The translations under genes were made by a program, and so were the position numbers. The notes beneath the pieces were generated by a model. The model was not told the origin of the DNA and ran no database searches. It was given only the letters and a program-made list of their open reading frames with translations. DNA of 63,874 nucleotides, counting the filler, from Blastocystis sp. subtype 4 (Eukaryota), in the NCBI RefSeq assembly GCF_000743755.1. It is 4 parts of 4 records of this genome, joined end to end, with 100 filler letters (N's around TTAATTAATTAA, not from the genome) between each part and the next. Parts side by side here need not be neighbours in the genome. Positions count along the whole stretch, not along the records: positions 1 to 19,356 come from NW_014569288.1; 3 more parts are not named here. One strand, written 5' to 3'. Shown here one piece after another: positions 1-11,954 of the stretch; position 1 is the first letter of the stretch; each line of letters opens with the position of its first letter.

Positions 1-399
1 ACATCTGAATAACTCACATCCTTCCAATTGTCTGAAACACTGTTTGTGTACTTCCAACTATCATTCTTGTTGATAGGAGAATACAGAGAGAACTGTTCTC
101 TTTGAACACTATCTTCAGTCATCATAGCTTTGTACACAATGTTTCCATTCATTCCTTCTATCTCAATCCAACCATCTAAAAACCGTAGACCCCGCATAAC
201 AAGAGTGAATATGTGATTAGAAGAAGCATTCAAACAGACTTCATACACATATTGTTGATTGTTTGAGAATGGAGGAGAAGTGAATAGAACAGAAGAACCA
301 GATACAATCTCAAAGGACTCTTTAAAAGCATTATAATTACCAGTTGTCTTAGTGATCTTAACATAATCTTGATTAGATGAACATTGAATAGAAGGATAA
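1..399 (-). CDS. Partial exon of an uncharacterised, probably secreted/surface protein (runs off window start)
   Basis: Manual translation of the minus strand is open from an AG acceptor at 401-400 to base 1: YPSIQCSSNQDYVKITKTTG...VYEVCLNASSNHIFTLVMRG...WIEIEGMNGNIVYKAMMT...FSLYSPINKNDSWKY. Not in the ORF track because it lacks an ATG. Confidence 0.6.
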
Positions 400-2999
400 C
401 TATAAATGAGAGTAGAATGAAGAATGAAACAGAATGTGAAGAATAGAATGAGATGATTGATACTACAATCAACAACAATCATATGAAACAAGAACAATAA
501 AAGATACTGGAAATGAACAGAAAGAACTAACAAAATTATAACAAATGGATACTGTAGGAGACAAGAAATATCATTATCTCCATCAATTATATGCTGAATC
601 CAAAAAAGTATGCAAAGTGGTCCAAGAAAAGGTCTAAATGGTATGAACAAAAGTAGTACAAACTCTCTAACACTAATTGATTGCTCTTTGCAGGAATAAT
701 GATGCATTATTATTTGTATATATCACATTAGATTGATTTAGCAGCCGATAATCAGATGGAAATGGATGAGAACCAGTCTTACAAAGAACTGAAGTTGTCA
801 TCAGATGGGAGGGATTGAAAAAGGAAGCTGAATACTATCCAGAGAAACAAACGGGAAAAGCGTGCTTCTGACTAACCGAAGATCGATAATAAACACTCAT
901 ATCAGCTGAAAAGTTCTTACGAAATTGAAGAATCCTGATTCTATATAAATTGCTGTTCTAAATGGTTATAGAACTGATTTGCATCTCAACAACCTCTCCT
1001 GGTGTAATGGGCATCAGTTGAACATAATTAAGAAGATAGAAAATGAAATTGCCAAATACATTGGCAGGTATCAGTTGTACTGCTTGATCATCTTAACAAA
1101 ATCATATACAAACAACTATGCAAACTGATCGAAGTGATCAAGATGTGGAATGAAGAAGAACAGGATGTTTGAAATCCAACCAATTCACTTTGACACTAAT
1201 TGAAGGTTAGTTAACAATCTGATGTACAACCGCAAATTCTGTGACCAAAAATATGCACCAGTTTGTACAGCATAATAACTGGATAGAAACACGGAAGATT
1301 GTTGTTAGTAGTATGTCAACAAAACCGTGATTGGAGACAATAATCTATGTAATACAGCAAAGTTGTTTAGGACCAATCATCTTATTTGATTGGTGCTGCT
1401 AACAGGATGATTGGTGAGATTGGATGATAGTATGACGTATGCATTTCATATTACTCTTCCAAAATAGCAAAATGGAAAGGTATAAATGGGCAGTTTTCTA
1501 TTTTGGCATATTTCATAACAATTTCATAAACTACTTGTTATACCATCATTCTTCCCCACAATTTGGCTAGATTATGAGGATTATTAAGAAGTTTTATTTG
1601 TTTGATGGCAGCAGAGTTGTGGATGATTTCGCATCGTGCTATTGTGGATAAATGTATCCACCTGCTTTTTCCATTTCAGCCAAAAAGAAATTTGATGGAA
1701 AACTATCATTCAGCGGGTTTCTCCTTTGGTTAGACTGTACTATTTAGTGTTGATTGTGGTATTAGGAAAGTGGGGAAACAGGAACTTCCAAAATATTGTT
1801 ACAAAGTAATTTCATCAAACACTTTGGATGAATTAAAAAACAGGCTACTGCACTCTTCATAAAATAGCAGCAAGTCCTCAGAATAACAACATCAATCCCC
1901 ATATATAAGCTTGTTTATGAGTCTTTTAGTGTGGTAATCTTCTTCTTTGTAAGCTACTACACCTACTGCATTCTTCAGACTATTATCAAAAATCCAAAGT
2001 GAAATAATCCATTTATGGATTATTTCACTTATTAGTAAATGAACAGTACCTCGATTTGTGGTAAGCTATACAACTACTTCCACATAATCACAGATGAGGA
2101 TATTCTGAAGATCTACATTACTGATATATGCAGAACATTATTGATGCATCTGTGGATCCTGTTGAAGAATGGCTGAAGCAGCTACCATAAGATGATAGTG
2201 AGATTGGTATTTAAATGTCGAAATGATTGAATACATCCAAGAAGATAATTATGTACGATTGGAAGATAAGTTCGCTGCTGCAGATCTTAAACGATCATTT
2301 GATTGGGATTGTAGTAAATATCATGATGGTTTCGAGATGACTTTGAAATCCTTCACACCTTAACTAAGTATCCACAGTACATTATGATATGTAATTCAAA
2401 ACTTACAATCGTGTTGTCTATCAGTTAATGCAGCAAGTTGTAAAATCGAGTTGCGTAAGAGTTTGACTGGTAGTTGAACTGATTATCACAGTTGTCTTAT
2501 ATACGATTCACTTTGCAAAATGATTCTTGTGTAACATTAATCTCTCTTGTTAACAACTACACTTTAACTCTCATAATTGGGACGATTTATGGAGATTGAT
2601 AATCAAATATGAGGGTGTAGTAGTCTGTTTTTTAACTAAAATGGTTTGGTGGGGTTTCTGATAGCAATTATTCCAGAGGCTACTACAATCGACACAAATG
2701 CATTAAGTGCATCGATAACTGATGCTATTTGTGGTTGTTTACATCTATTCACTGTCCATTTGACCGTGTTATCACAGTATCCGTGATTAAAGAAGATGAG
2801 TGATGTGATTGATCATAGGCAAACAGTGAGAATTCAATATTATGCTATAGCTACCAATGCTCACTCAGAATCGAAAGAAAGAGAGAGTGAATCTAGAGGG
2901 TTCTGACTTTTGGAATACTCTATTACTTTCATTATAAACAATAACTTCTCTTCGAATATATTGGTTAGGGTTTAGGCATCTCAATCATTATCAATTCAT

Positions 3000-3200
3000 T
3001 AAGCACAAATTCATTCACTTTCTTCAAACAACCATTACCATATTCACCTTCATCTGTCTTCCATTTCATATCACCTTTCCATTCTCATTCAATTTGTCTC
3101 ATTTTTAATCATTTCTATACTCTGCTTCTCGAACAAGTCCTCTTTCATACACTCTCATTCCATTCAAAACAAATACAATTACTCACTTTATCCTCATTCC
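3000..3200 (-). pseudogene. Degenerate fragment of the MORN-like repeat family
   Basis: Minus-strand GGAATGAGAGTGTATGAAAGAGGACTTGTTCGAGAAG and GAGAATGGAAAGGTGAT resemble segments of the 3519-4877 gene, but there is no sustained frame. Confidence 0.4.
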
Positions 3201-3518
3201 CTGATTCATTCTTCAGTCTAATCGATCGGGTTGCTCCATCTGTTCAATGAGTCATTGACTTAATGGATATAGAATTGCAGTTTGTGATTATGAAGTGGAG
3301 ATACGAAGGGATCTGTTACTATCATATAGGAAAGGAGAGTAAGGTGCGACTAGTTATCGAACAAGATGATTTCAGAACTCTGTTCATTCTATTTGTTGAT
3401 TGGTTTGATGAAACAAAGAATGACTATAGAAACCAATGGTGACTATGAATGTAACTTGCTAAACCATCTGTATCTAATTGTCAACTCTATCATTCTTGAA
3501 GTGCCTCACATAGAACGA

Positions 3519-4877
3519 TTATGCTAGAGGCATATATCTGCACTCATAATAAATATAATGCCCTATTGCTTTCAATTTCCATCTCAACCAAATTGGCAAG
3601 TTTTTGTATTCCCAACAATTGTGAGGCCCATAAATGTCATATCGAAAGAATACAATTAGAATACCCATTATTATATGACTCACAAGTTTGTAGAATGTGT
3701 ATAACAGAATAGGAATCATGACAATCCAAAACAACAATCCAAACCAGAATCGTTTGCATTTCGATTTCGAACTCCACCAATCATGAAATCGATCATCCAA
3801 TCCTCTCATACTCCATCTACTTCCACATCTTCTCTTCTTTCCACTCTCGAAATCAATCACTACCTTTCCATCTTTCAAGTATCCATTCTTCCATTCTCCT
3901 CTCTCACTCACATCACCATCCTCATTCATTCTTCTTCCATTTCCATTCGGATAACCATACTTCATCTCTCCATCATATATCACTAATCCATTCTTCAGGA
4001 TTCTTCCCATTCCTTCTCGAATTCCATTCACAAATCCTCCACTATACACCAACTGCTTTCCATCATCACCATACTCCTTTCCTTCTCCTTCTCGAACAAA
4101 TCCATCTTCAATACTTCCTTTCCATCCTCCTTCATATACTCTCATTCCTTTATCATACTCAATCATCACATCTCCTTTCCATTCTCTCAACACTTCCTTC
4201 ATCTTGTTCTTCTCATACACACATTCTCTCATCAACACTCTATTCCTGTATTCAAAACATCTTCCATCTTTCATTCCCTTCTTGTACTTACCCACACTCA
4301 ACAATTCTCCATCTCTCTTCTTCTCTTCAATCATTCCTTTCATCTTCCCTTTCTTCACTTTCATCAATACAACACATCGTTCTCCTCTCTTCCATTCTCC
4401 TTCATATATCACATCTCCCTTATCATCATATTCCTTTCCATTTCCATCTCGTTTCACTCCTTCAATCCAATCTCCACTCCATCCTCCTTCATATCTCTTA
4501 TTCCCTCTTTCATCATATTCAATCATTCTATCTCCTTCCATCTCAAACAACACTCTCACTTCATTCCCATTCAACATCATACACACTCTCTTTATCATTC
4601 CTCCTTCTATCACATAACACATTCCATTCTTCTTATATCCATCACTATCATATTCACTCACTGATAATAGACATCCCTCTTCATTGTACTCACAATACAA
4701 TCCTGATTTCTCTTTCACTTCAGACAATAGAGGAATTCGTTTCCCTTCTTTGATCATTCCATACCATATCTCTTTCCCTTCTTCATCATATTCATGACAT
4801 TTTCCTTTTTTCACTCCATTCTTCATCATTCCTCGAAATACAACCACATATCTCTCATTTCGAATCACACTCTTCAT
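3519..4877 (-). CDS. MORN-like repeat protein with C-terminal transmembrane segment(s); may be 5'-truncated
   Basis: 452-aa ORF with repeated YEGGW/YEGEW..G.R.G.GKEYD units followed by hydrophobic FWFGLLFWIVMIPILL and IIMGILIVFF. Confidence 0.7.
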   Translation of the reverse strand: MKSVIRNERYVVVFRGMMKNGVKKGKCHEYDEEGKEIWYGMIKEGKRIPLLSEVKEKSGLYCEYNEEGCLLSVSEYDSDGYKKNGMCYVIEGGMIKRVCMMLNGNEVRVLFEMEGDRMIEYDERGNKRYEGGWSGDWIEGVKRDGNGKEYDDKGDVIYEGEWKRGERCVVLMKVKKGKMKGMIEEKKRDGELLSVGKYKKGMKDGRCFEYRNRVLMRECVYEKNKMKEVLREWKGDVMIEYDKGMRVYEGGWKGSIEDGFVREGEGKEYGDDGKQLVYSGGFVNGIREGMGRILKNGLVIYDGEMKYGYPNGNGRRMNEDGDVSERGEWKNGYLKDGKVVIDFESGKKRRCGSRWSMRGLDDRFHDWWSSKSKCKRFWFGLLFWIVMIPILLYTFYKLVSHIIMGILIVFFRYDIYGPHNCWEYKNLPIWLRWKLKAIGHYIYYECRYMPLA

Positions 4878-5348
4878 TCAACAACGTGCTAATGATGTTC
4901 ACAATCCCATATACAGTCAACAGATCGTTCCGGTTCAATAATGAATCAACGTCACAAAGAGATACAATCACTGTATCCATTGTTGACTTTAGGATGTCAT
5001 TTCACAACAAATCGATGCAAATGTCATTCAATTCCACCACTGATTTCAACAATCCAATATCTTTACAGTAGGTGGATACTCGTTGAGAGGCAGTGAAAAC
5101 CTTGCGCTCTCATCAGTTGCTTATAACAGCTAATAGTAATCTACAATCAATTCAACTATAACCTTCGTAGTTTTCTCTCACATAACAGCATGCGACTCCT
5201 CATCCTCTTCCATCATCTAGTAACGAGGATTTCATTTCACGAACATGAAATCATCTTTTCCACCTATTCTTATATAAATCAGATATCTTCTTAAGAATCA
5301 TGCTTTCAGTGGTACTGAAATCATTTTCCATTATATAAACAGAACAAC

Positions 5349-7181
5349 ATGGAACGCGATGAATTTACATCCAAGCATTCGTTTTTAGAAGGTTACACAG
5401 TCGAGAGTGTAGAAATGGTAGATGGAAAGGAAAACAAGAATGGGCAGCAATGTGTGATATTGAAAAAGGGAGACAGCCAGTACAAGATGATGGTGACATT
5501 GAAGCGTGGAAAGAAAGAGGATAGGGCCGTGATCCTAAGAGAGAACAATACCTTGTTTATGGAGCTGAACTATGTGAATGATGAAGCAAACGGTGAACTA
5601 CTTGTGTATGATGAGATGGGTATTCTGGTTGAACGTGGATATTTGAAGAATGGAAAGAGATACGGTTCCTTCAAAACGTTCAATAAAGATGGTGAGGTTA
5701 CAAAAGAGGTTCGCTATCGAAACGGTGTATCCATTGGTCCATTGAAGGAGAGTGAGTTAGACGGATTCTTTGAGGAACATAATGAAAAGGGAGAAACAAC
5801 TGCTATTTCCCAGTTTAGCAGTAATGGTGTCGACAGGAATGGAATGTGTTATGAGTTTGAGGGTGGAAAGGTGAAGCGCAAGAGCTTATATAGGGATGGA
5901 TTACTGAGCTGTACTCTCATGGAAGTAAACGGAGATACGATGACTGAATATGATACTGATGGAAAACGGGTGTATGAAGGTGGATACATCTATGACGGAA
6001 AGAAAGGACTATTGAGAAATGGAAAGGGTACCGAGTATACTGACGATTCAGCCCTGTATGTTGGTTTCTTTTTCAAAGGAGAACGCAGTGGTGATGGCAC
6101 GTTATTTGATGGATTTGCACCAGTCTATATTGGCGGATGGAAGAATGGTAAACGATACGGAAGGGGAAAGGAGATGGATAGTGACAGAAAGGTGTTGAAG
6201 GATGGCATGTGGATTGATGATGTCTTTGTCACGGATGATTTTGTTAAGAAGTTGAAGATAAAAGTCGATACGGTAGAGTATACTGTAAAGAATAAGAAAA
6301 ACAATGATGCCAACATTCAGTCCTTCTTCATTCCATCAACCTTTCAGTTGAAGAAAATTGAAATTGGGAAAATGTGTTTCAGGAATGTTACACGATTTGT
6401 GCTCGATGGCTTAAGTGAGTTAGAAAGTGTGAAGATTGGAAAGAATAGTTTTACAACAGGGAATGGAAAGTTGATTACCGTCCAAGAAGGAAGTCAGTTC
6501 TGCATAATGAACTGTCCAAAGTTAAGAGAGATTGACTTAGGTGATGAATCATTCTCAAGTTGTATTGGCTTTCAGGTGAAGAACCTTCCTTCACTGGAAA
6601 CTTTTCGAACTGGGAACTGGTGTTTCTTCTTTGAGTCAACTTTTGAGTTGCGAAGTAAGACTGAGATTGGAGTGATAGATAAGACCTTCCATCCTTACGT
6701 ACAGTCCAGTTGGGTATGAGTTCCTTTGTTTGCTGTCATTTGGTTGTGTTTGAGAGTAATAGAGGTTGTGAGCTGATAAGAAGATCTACCTAAACTTCAG
6801 TCCATCAAACTGAAGGATAGTGCCCTCAACGGAGCAGGTGATGATGTTCCTTCAACTGAAAAGACAATCATTGATAAGCTGTCTATGACAGGTACGTAAT
6901 CGTTGAAGTATTGATGAGTAGATCTTCCTTCTCTGATCGAACTCACTGGAAGTGGCTGGAACTTTGAATGCATCGATGTAGTTAAGTTGGAGAGTTAGAA
7001 TGATATGTCGGTGACAACATAGATATTCCCAAACTGACGAAGGTTTCCCTAGGAACGAATGCATTTAAGAATACGACGCGTGTTGAAGCTAAAAGTGAAT
7101 ACAGTATATGTAAATGAGTAGTAGATGCTGCTGGAATGGAGAAGTACATTAAAGAAAGCAAGAAAGGATGCATTTGTTATT
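5349..7181 (+). CDS. MORN-like repeat plus leucine-rich (BspA-like) repeat protein with CaaX-like end
   Basis: 456-aa first exon (YEGGY, YIGGWKNGKRYGRGKE, then LKKIEIGKMCF/LESVKIGKNSF repeats). Five ~30-nt GT-AG introns (first 6655-6683, last 7095-7124) give ...LPSL/LPKL repeats and end KESKKGCICY. Stop is probably poly(A)-derived. Confidence 0.75.
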
Positions 7182-7185
7182 TGTC

Positions 7186-7193
7186 TGTTTGTT
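7186..7193 (+). promoter_or_regulatory. GU-rich polyadenylation element TGTTTGTT
   Basis: Exact motif lying 4 nt downstream of the in-frame T at 7181. Confidence 0.75.
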
Positions 7194-7254
7194 ATATACA
7201 CTAGATGATTCTCGAAGATACTATGTGTATTAAAAGTGCAATGATGGAGTTAAA

Positions 7255-8638
7255 CTAACAAATAATAGAATGAATAGAAAACTTAAGGATATCGTGATGA
7301 TAATAGGTTTTCCCAGCTTCAATCACGCTGCTTTTGAAAGAAGGATGGTTGGGAGCATCTGGGCAAAATCCAGGTTCTAAGCAAATGGCATAATGCTACA
7401 TTCAGAATCTTCTACAATCCCTACAGGAACAAAAGGAGCAGTTTCGTTGAGCCAGTTCGATGTATATACAATCAGTGCACATTCCGTGGTATACAGATCA
7501 AATTGACGTCCACTTTCTTCATCTAACAAAATAGCAGCATGTTGTAATGTCTTTGTGCCACTATTACAGCCATTGTCTCCATTTCTTCCTTCGCATCTGC
7601 CCTCGCCATTATTCGTACTTCCCACTTTGTACTCACTCTCCTTGCACCCACTCTCACTCTCATCCTTGTACTCATGCTCTTGCTTGCACTCCTGTAGAAT
7701 AAAGGCATGATCAATTCCTGGCATTCCTCCACCATCCATTTCATGAATTGTGGGTGAAAGCGAACGAAGTGATGTGAAATCCATCAGACTCCCTTTCACA
7801 GGAATTGGGTCATCAAAGGGAATCATATCCTCTCCATCCAAATATTGATCACTTTGGACTTGTAATTTCTATGTAACAACTATCAACAACCATGTACATG
7901 CTGATCTATAGGACGTTTCAGATTACCTGAAAGATTCCAATAGGTATGATTTGTCATATTCACGATTGTTGGAACAGTATTACCCGAGGCTTCAAAAACA
8001 ATGTCCAATTCATTGGCCATTGTCAGAGAGTAACATACCCGAACATCCAAACGGCCTGGATAACCTTCCTCCATATCCTCAGAAATACGTGTAAAGACTA
8101 TCGAAATTCGGTCATCGCCCTCTTCAATGACACCATTCCAGAGACACTAAGGAACAGAAAATCATCGCAGCTACCTTGTCAAATCCCTTAACACCTCCAT
8201 GATTGTGGTTATTCCCACTATTTGTAGCTAGTTGATAGTCTATGCCTCCAAGCGAGAAATGACCCTTCTTAATCCGAAATGCACTTCTTTCTATTATCCC
8301 ACTTCCATAAAATCACCTCCCAATAGTTGATCCAAAGTAGTCACTCCGGAAACGGATATCCTCCAAAGTTGAACGATTCAAGGTTAGTTCCTAGAAATAA
8401 CCACAGACAACTACAGTAGTCACTTCCACTACTCCATTTCGGTCTGGAGCTTTGAATGACAGTAACATGGCTCCATAATTCAAAAATGTAACTGTTATTG
8501 GTCCATTACTATCGATAAGCATATTTACATCTACATTACCTTAGAGTGTATTCGACAACAATTTCATCTTCAATCCTCCCAAATATTCTTTCCTAGTCCT
8601 GAGTGGACGATCCAAATGAAAACTTGGTGAGTGAACAT
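7255..8638 (-). CDS. galM: Aldose 1-epimerase (galactose mutarotase)
   Basis: Spliced motifs LNYGAMLLSFKAPDRNG, NHNLHGGVKGFD, EEGYPGRL, TIVNMTNHTYWNLSG, GIDHAF and ICLEPGFCPDAPNHPSF. Confidence 0.9.
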
Positions 8639-8841
8639 GATGATATAAAAACAATATCAATGACTCTGCGTTACACTCATACAATGTAGATTCAAATACA
8701 ACTGATTTGTCTTCATACGAAGAATGCAAACGACAATCTTTTGAATAATTCAAAATGATCCAATGTTTCTTTTAGAATAAGTTCTATAAGGATCCATTCA
8801 ATTCAATCCGACCCTTTTGTTTCATTATGAATTATTCACTA

Positions 8842-11585
8842 ATGACGATGAATAAGGTGTTTTTATTTTTGTTGATAGTTGTATTGATTCCTATTGCATT
8901 GTCAGGTGAGTGTTTATTGTTCATAGTTGAAGATAGTTTGTCCAGCAGAAACATATGAGGAAAAATCATGGCCAGAAACAGAAGCTGGCCAGACTGCTAA
9001 CAGTACCACTAGTTGCCCTTCAGGACAAGTGGGAGGGTATTTTCGTGAGTGTGATATCAATAACACTTGGAACTCTACTGTTGTAGATACATGCTGTATA
9101 AAATTTCTATATTCTCTTTACTTTAGCGATTGGCTGTGCTGCTGGGATTGTCGATGGTATCAGCTACCCTGAAACACTTGCGAATGAAACCATTACAGTA
9201 TCATGTCCTACTGGATTTACAGGTGTTAAAACGCGGATATGCTCTGCTACTGGACAGTGGGAGCCTCCAACAGGAGATTGCGGTTAACAATGTTACTTTT
9301 ACTTACTCATAGTTCCTGTATCTGTTACCCAATGTCCTGAAGAGGATGCAGGGGGATATCATTGGAATTCTACAGATGCGGGAGATACAGCCACTCATAC
9401 ATGTGCTGAAGGGTTTTCTGGTTCCTTGAATCGTGTTTGTTCCGCAGAAGGTCAATGGGGCGAAGTTAGCGGTGAGTGCAGTATAGAATTTGGTGTATGT
9501 TTCCATATAGGCCGAAATATGTGTCCAGAACAAGAGTTGGATGGTCGTCTGTGGCCTGAAACACCCTCATTGGAGGATGCCACTGTTTCTTGTGAAGGAG
9601 GTCGTACAGGCTCCTACAACCGCACTTGCTTCGCTTCTGGAACCTGGGATTCAGAGATTCGTGATTATTGTGAGAGTATTGTGTGTACTGCAGAGCAGTT
9701 GGATGGAATTCTATGGCCGGAGACATCTGCTGGACAAACGTATACAGCCAACTGCCCTGTGGGACAGTCAGGACAGAAGACGCGATTGTGTTCTGCTTCA
9801 GGTCAGTGGGAAGCACCCACTGGTGTTTGCAGTAAATGTACCAAATGGATGTGAATACTAGCTACCTTGTCCTGTAGTCAAGTGGAGGAAGGATTTTTTA
9901 CCTGGCCCATGACCGAAGCTACCCAATCCATCGAACTGGCATGTCCTGTAGGTATGAGTGGCACAGCCACACGTACGTGTGACAGTTCTGGTACCTGGGG
10001 TCCCATCAATTCTTCGTGCGGTAGAAGTGAGAACATACTATAACGGTTAGAGGGAACAACTTGTCAGCGAGAGCAGGCAGAAGGTCGAATGTGGGAAGAG
10101 ACTCCTGCAAACGGCCAGCGTGTGCTATCATGTACATCCAGTAGTACTGGAAGTCTCACTCGTTTTTGTTTGACTACAGGAGAGTGGTCCGCTGTCTTTG
10201 GTTCTTGCTGTCAGGGAGGATCATAGAACTCATCTCTAGCTTCTATTATGTGTCCTGTTGATACTGTCAATGGAGTGACTTTCGGGCCCACTACAGCTGG
10301 TCAGATAGATGTCCAACCCTGTCCTTCTTATCAAGCAGGTTCCATCACCCGCCAATGCAATGAGCAGGGAGAATGGATGACACCACAGAACAATTGCCGT
10401 AGTCATTGCTAACAGAAGTCAAGTTTAGAATCTATAAAATGTGCTGCTCAGAATCTTACACTTGTCTCAGGCGTCTATCAGTTGCCTGACTCTGATTCTG
10501 GAGATCACGTATTGGAGTGCAATAGTGGATATACGGGATCTGTTACTATCACTTGTTCCATCTCGTTCGAGTGGTCTCAACCCCGAGAATCATGTGGTAG
10601 GGGTTGTTGTAGATAATGAATATTAGAACAATTCGGATGTGGAGAGACTATAGTAGATGGTATCTCTGTTCCTGAGACCGTGTTTGGAGATTCAGTTGAA
10701 GTTCCCTGTCCCCAGGGATTTATAGAGGGCGTGATGAATGTAACTTGTTTGTCGTCTGGATGGGGAACTCCCTCTACGCCTTGCAGTAGTCTTTTAGTCA
10801 TTACTTAATTGTAGCTCGGATCACTTGCCCTCAGGATACCGTGGAAGGTTTGCTATGGCCAAGTAGCAATGCAGGGACTACTGCAACGCTGCCTTGCTCT
10901 CAGAAGAATCCTCAGCTCTTTGGAGAAATCATTCGTGTGTGTTCAATCGAGGGTATGTGGGAATCGCCTCAGGAGCAATGCTATGAGGGTGCTCCTACTG
11001 GTTTCCAGTACCCAATTAATACGGTAGTGGTGCCTCGTCAAGTTGCCATTAGCGAATTGGCTCCAAGTGCTGTAGTGGGAGCGGAGCGATTCGAAGCAAT
11101 CGATGAGTTGCCATATGGTCTTACTGTGGACGCTACTACGGGTGTGATTTCTGGGACACCCTATCCAGTGGCTGAGACAAAGTCCTATCGAATCGCAGCT
11201 ATCAATGATCATGGTCAAGCAGAAGCAACTGTATCGATTACTGTGAAGGATAATGTGTGTCCTGCAGACGGTGTTTGGTATGCTGCATATAATGGTCAAG
11301 AGTTATCAGTGAAGTGTTCGTTCCTGGGTAAGGAGACAAGAAAGTGTTCATTGAATGAAGGACGGATGGAAGTAGAATGGGAGGAGGTGAGTAGTCAGTG
11401 TACGATGATGTTGCTCATTGTGGTTGCTGTGGTTGTAGTGGTTGTTCTTGTGATTATTCTCGTTTTAATCATTGTGTTGCGAGTGTAAGTTTTTATAATG
11501 GAGAGTGATGGATAGTGCTGGAGGCACGGTGAGATATGATCGCAAGAAAGCACAGAGGAAGATGATGGAATTGGCCTGCGTATAA
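8842..11585 (+). CDS. Type I membrane protein with ~12 Cys/Trp HRM-like (class B/adhesion GPCR hormone-receptor-motif-like) repeats and one putative Ig (He_PIG-like) domain
   Basis: Signal peptide MNKVFLFLLIVVLIPIALS; repeats C..E..DG..WPET..G......CP.G..G...R.C...G.W......C; LPYGLTVDATTGVISGTP Ig-like motif; TM LLIVVAVVVVVVLVIILVLIIVL; short tail ending TAA at 11583-11585. Confidence 0.8.
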
Positions 11586-11954
11586 GACTTTATTTGTTCT
11601 GTGTTTGTTGGATGAAGTGGGTTGAAGGTACTTTGTAGATAATTGAAGTAGATTACGTACCGTAATCAGTGGGATAAGACGGCACGGTAGTCGAGAGTTT
11701 GGATAGTTTCATGGCAGAATTGGAGTTAGGTTTGTGATAATCCATAATGGAACTGTAGAATACATCTCAGATTGTGATTTAGGAAGGTAGATTAGAATTT
11801 GGTTGATGGTACGTAACGACTCCCAGTGAACCCAGATACATTTTCCCGTACTGTTTAAATAGGAACATCCAACAATACACATTATGATTGGTTGCGCCAT
11901 TACGACAATTCGGTGGCGGAACACAGACCTGCCAACTGTGTCACATTTCTGTCG

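Noticed and set aside
2963..2976. GGTTAGGGTTTAGG telomere-like sequence
   Set aside because: Only two imperfect units; compatible with chance.
7253..7265. Poly(A)-created stop for galM at TGTTAGTT
   Set aside because: Cleavage 4 nt upstream falls in the wrong codon phase, so the genomic TAG was kept.
7245..7292. ATATCCTT...AAC on the minus strand as a U12 intron in galM
   Set aside because: No branch consensus, and the unspliced frame (HHDILKFSI) fits the expected mutarotase C-terminal strand.
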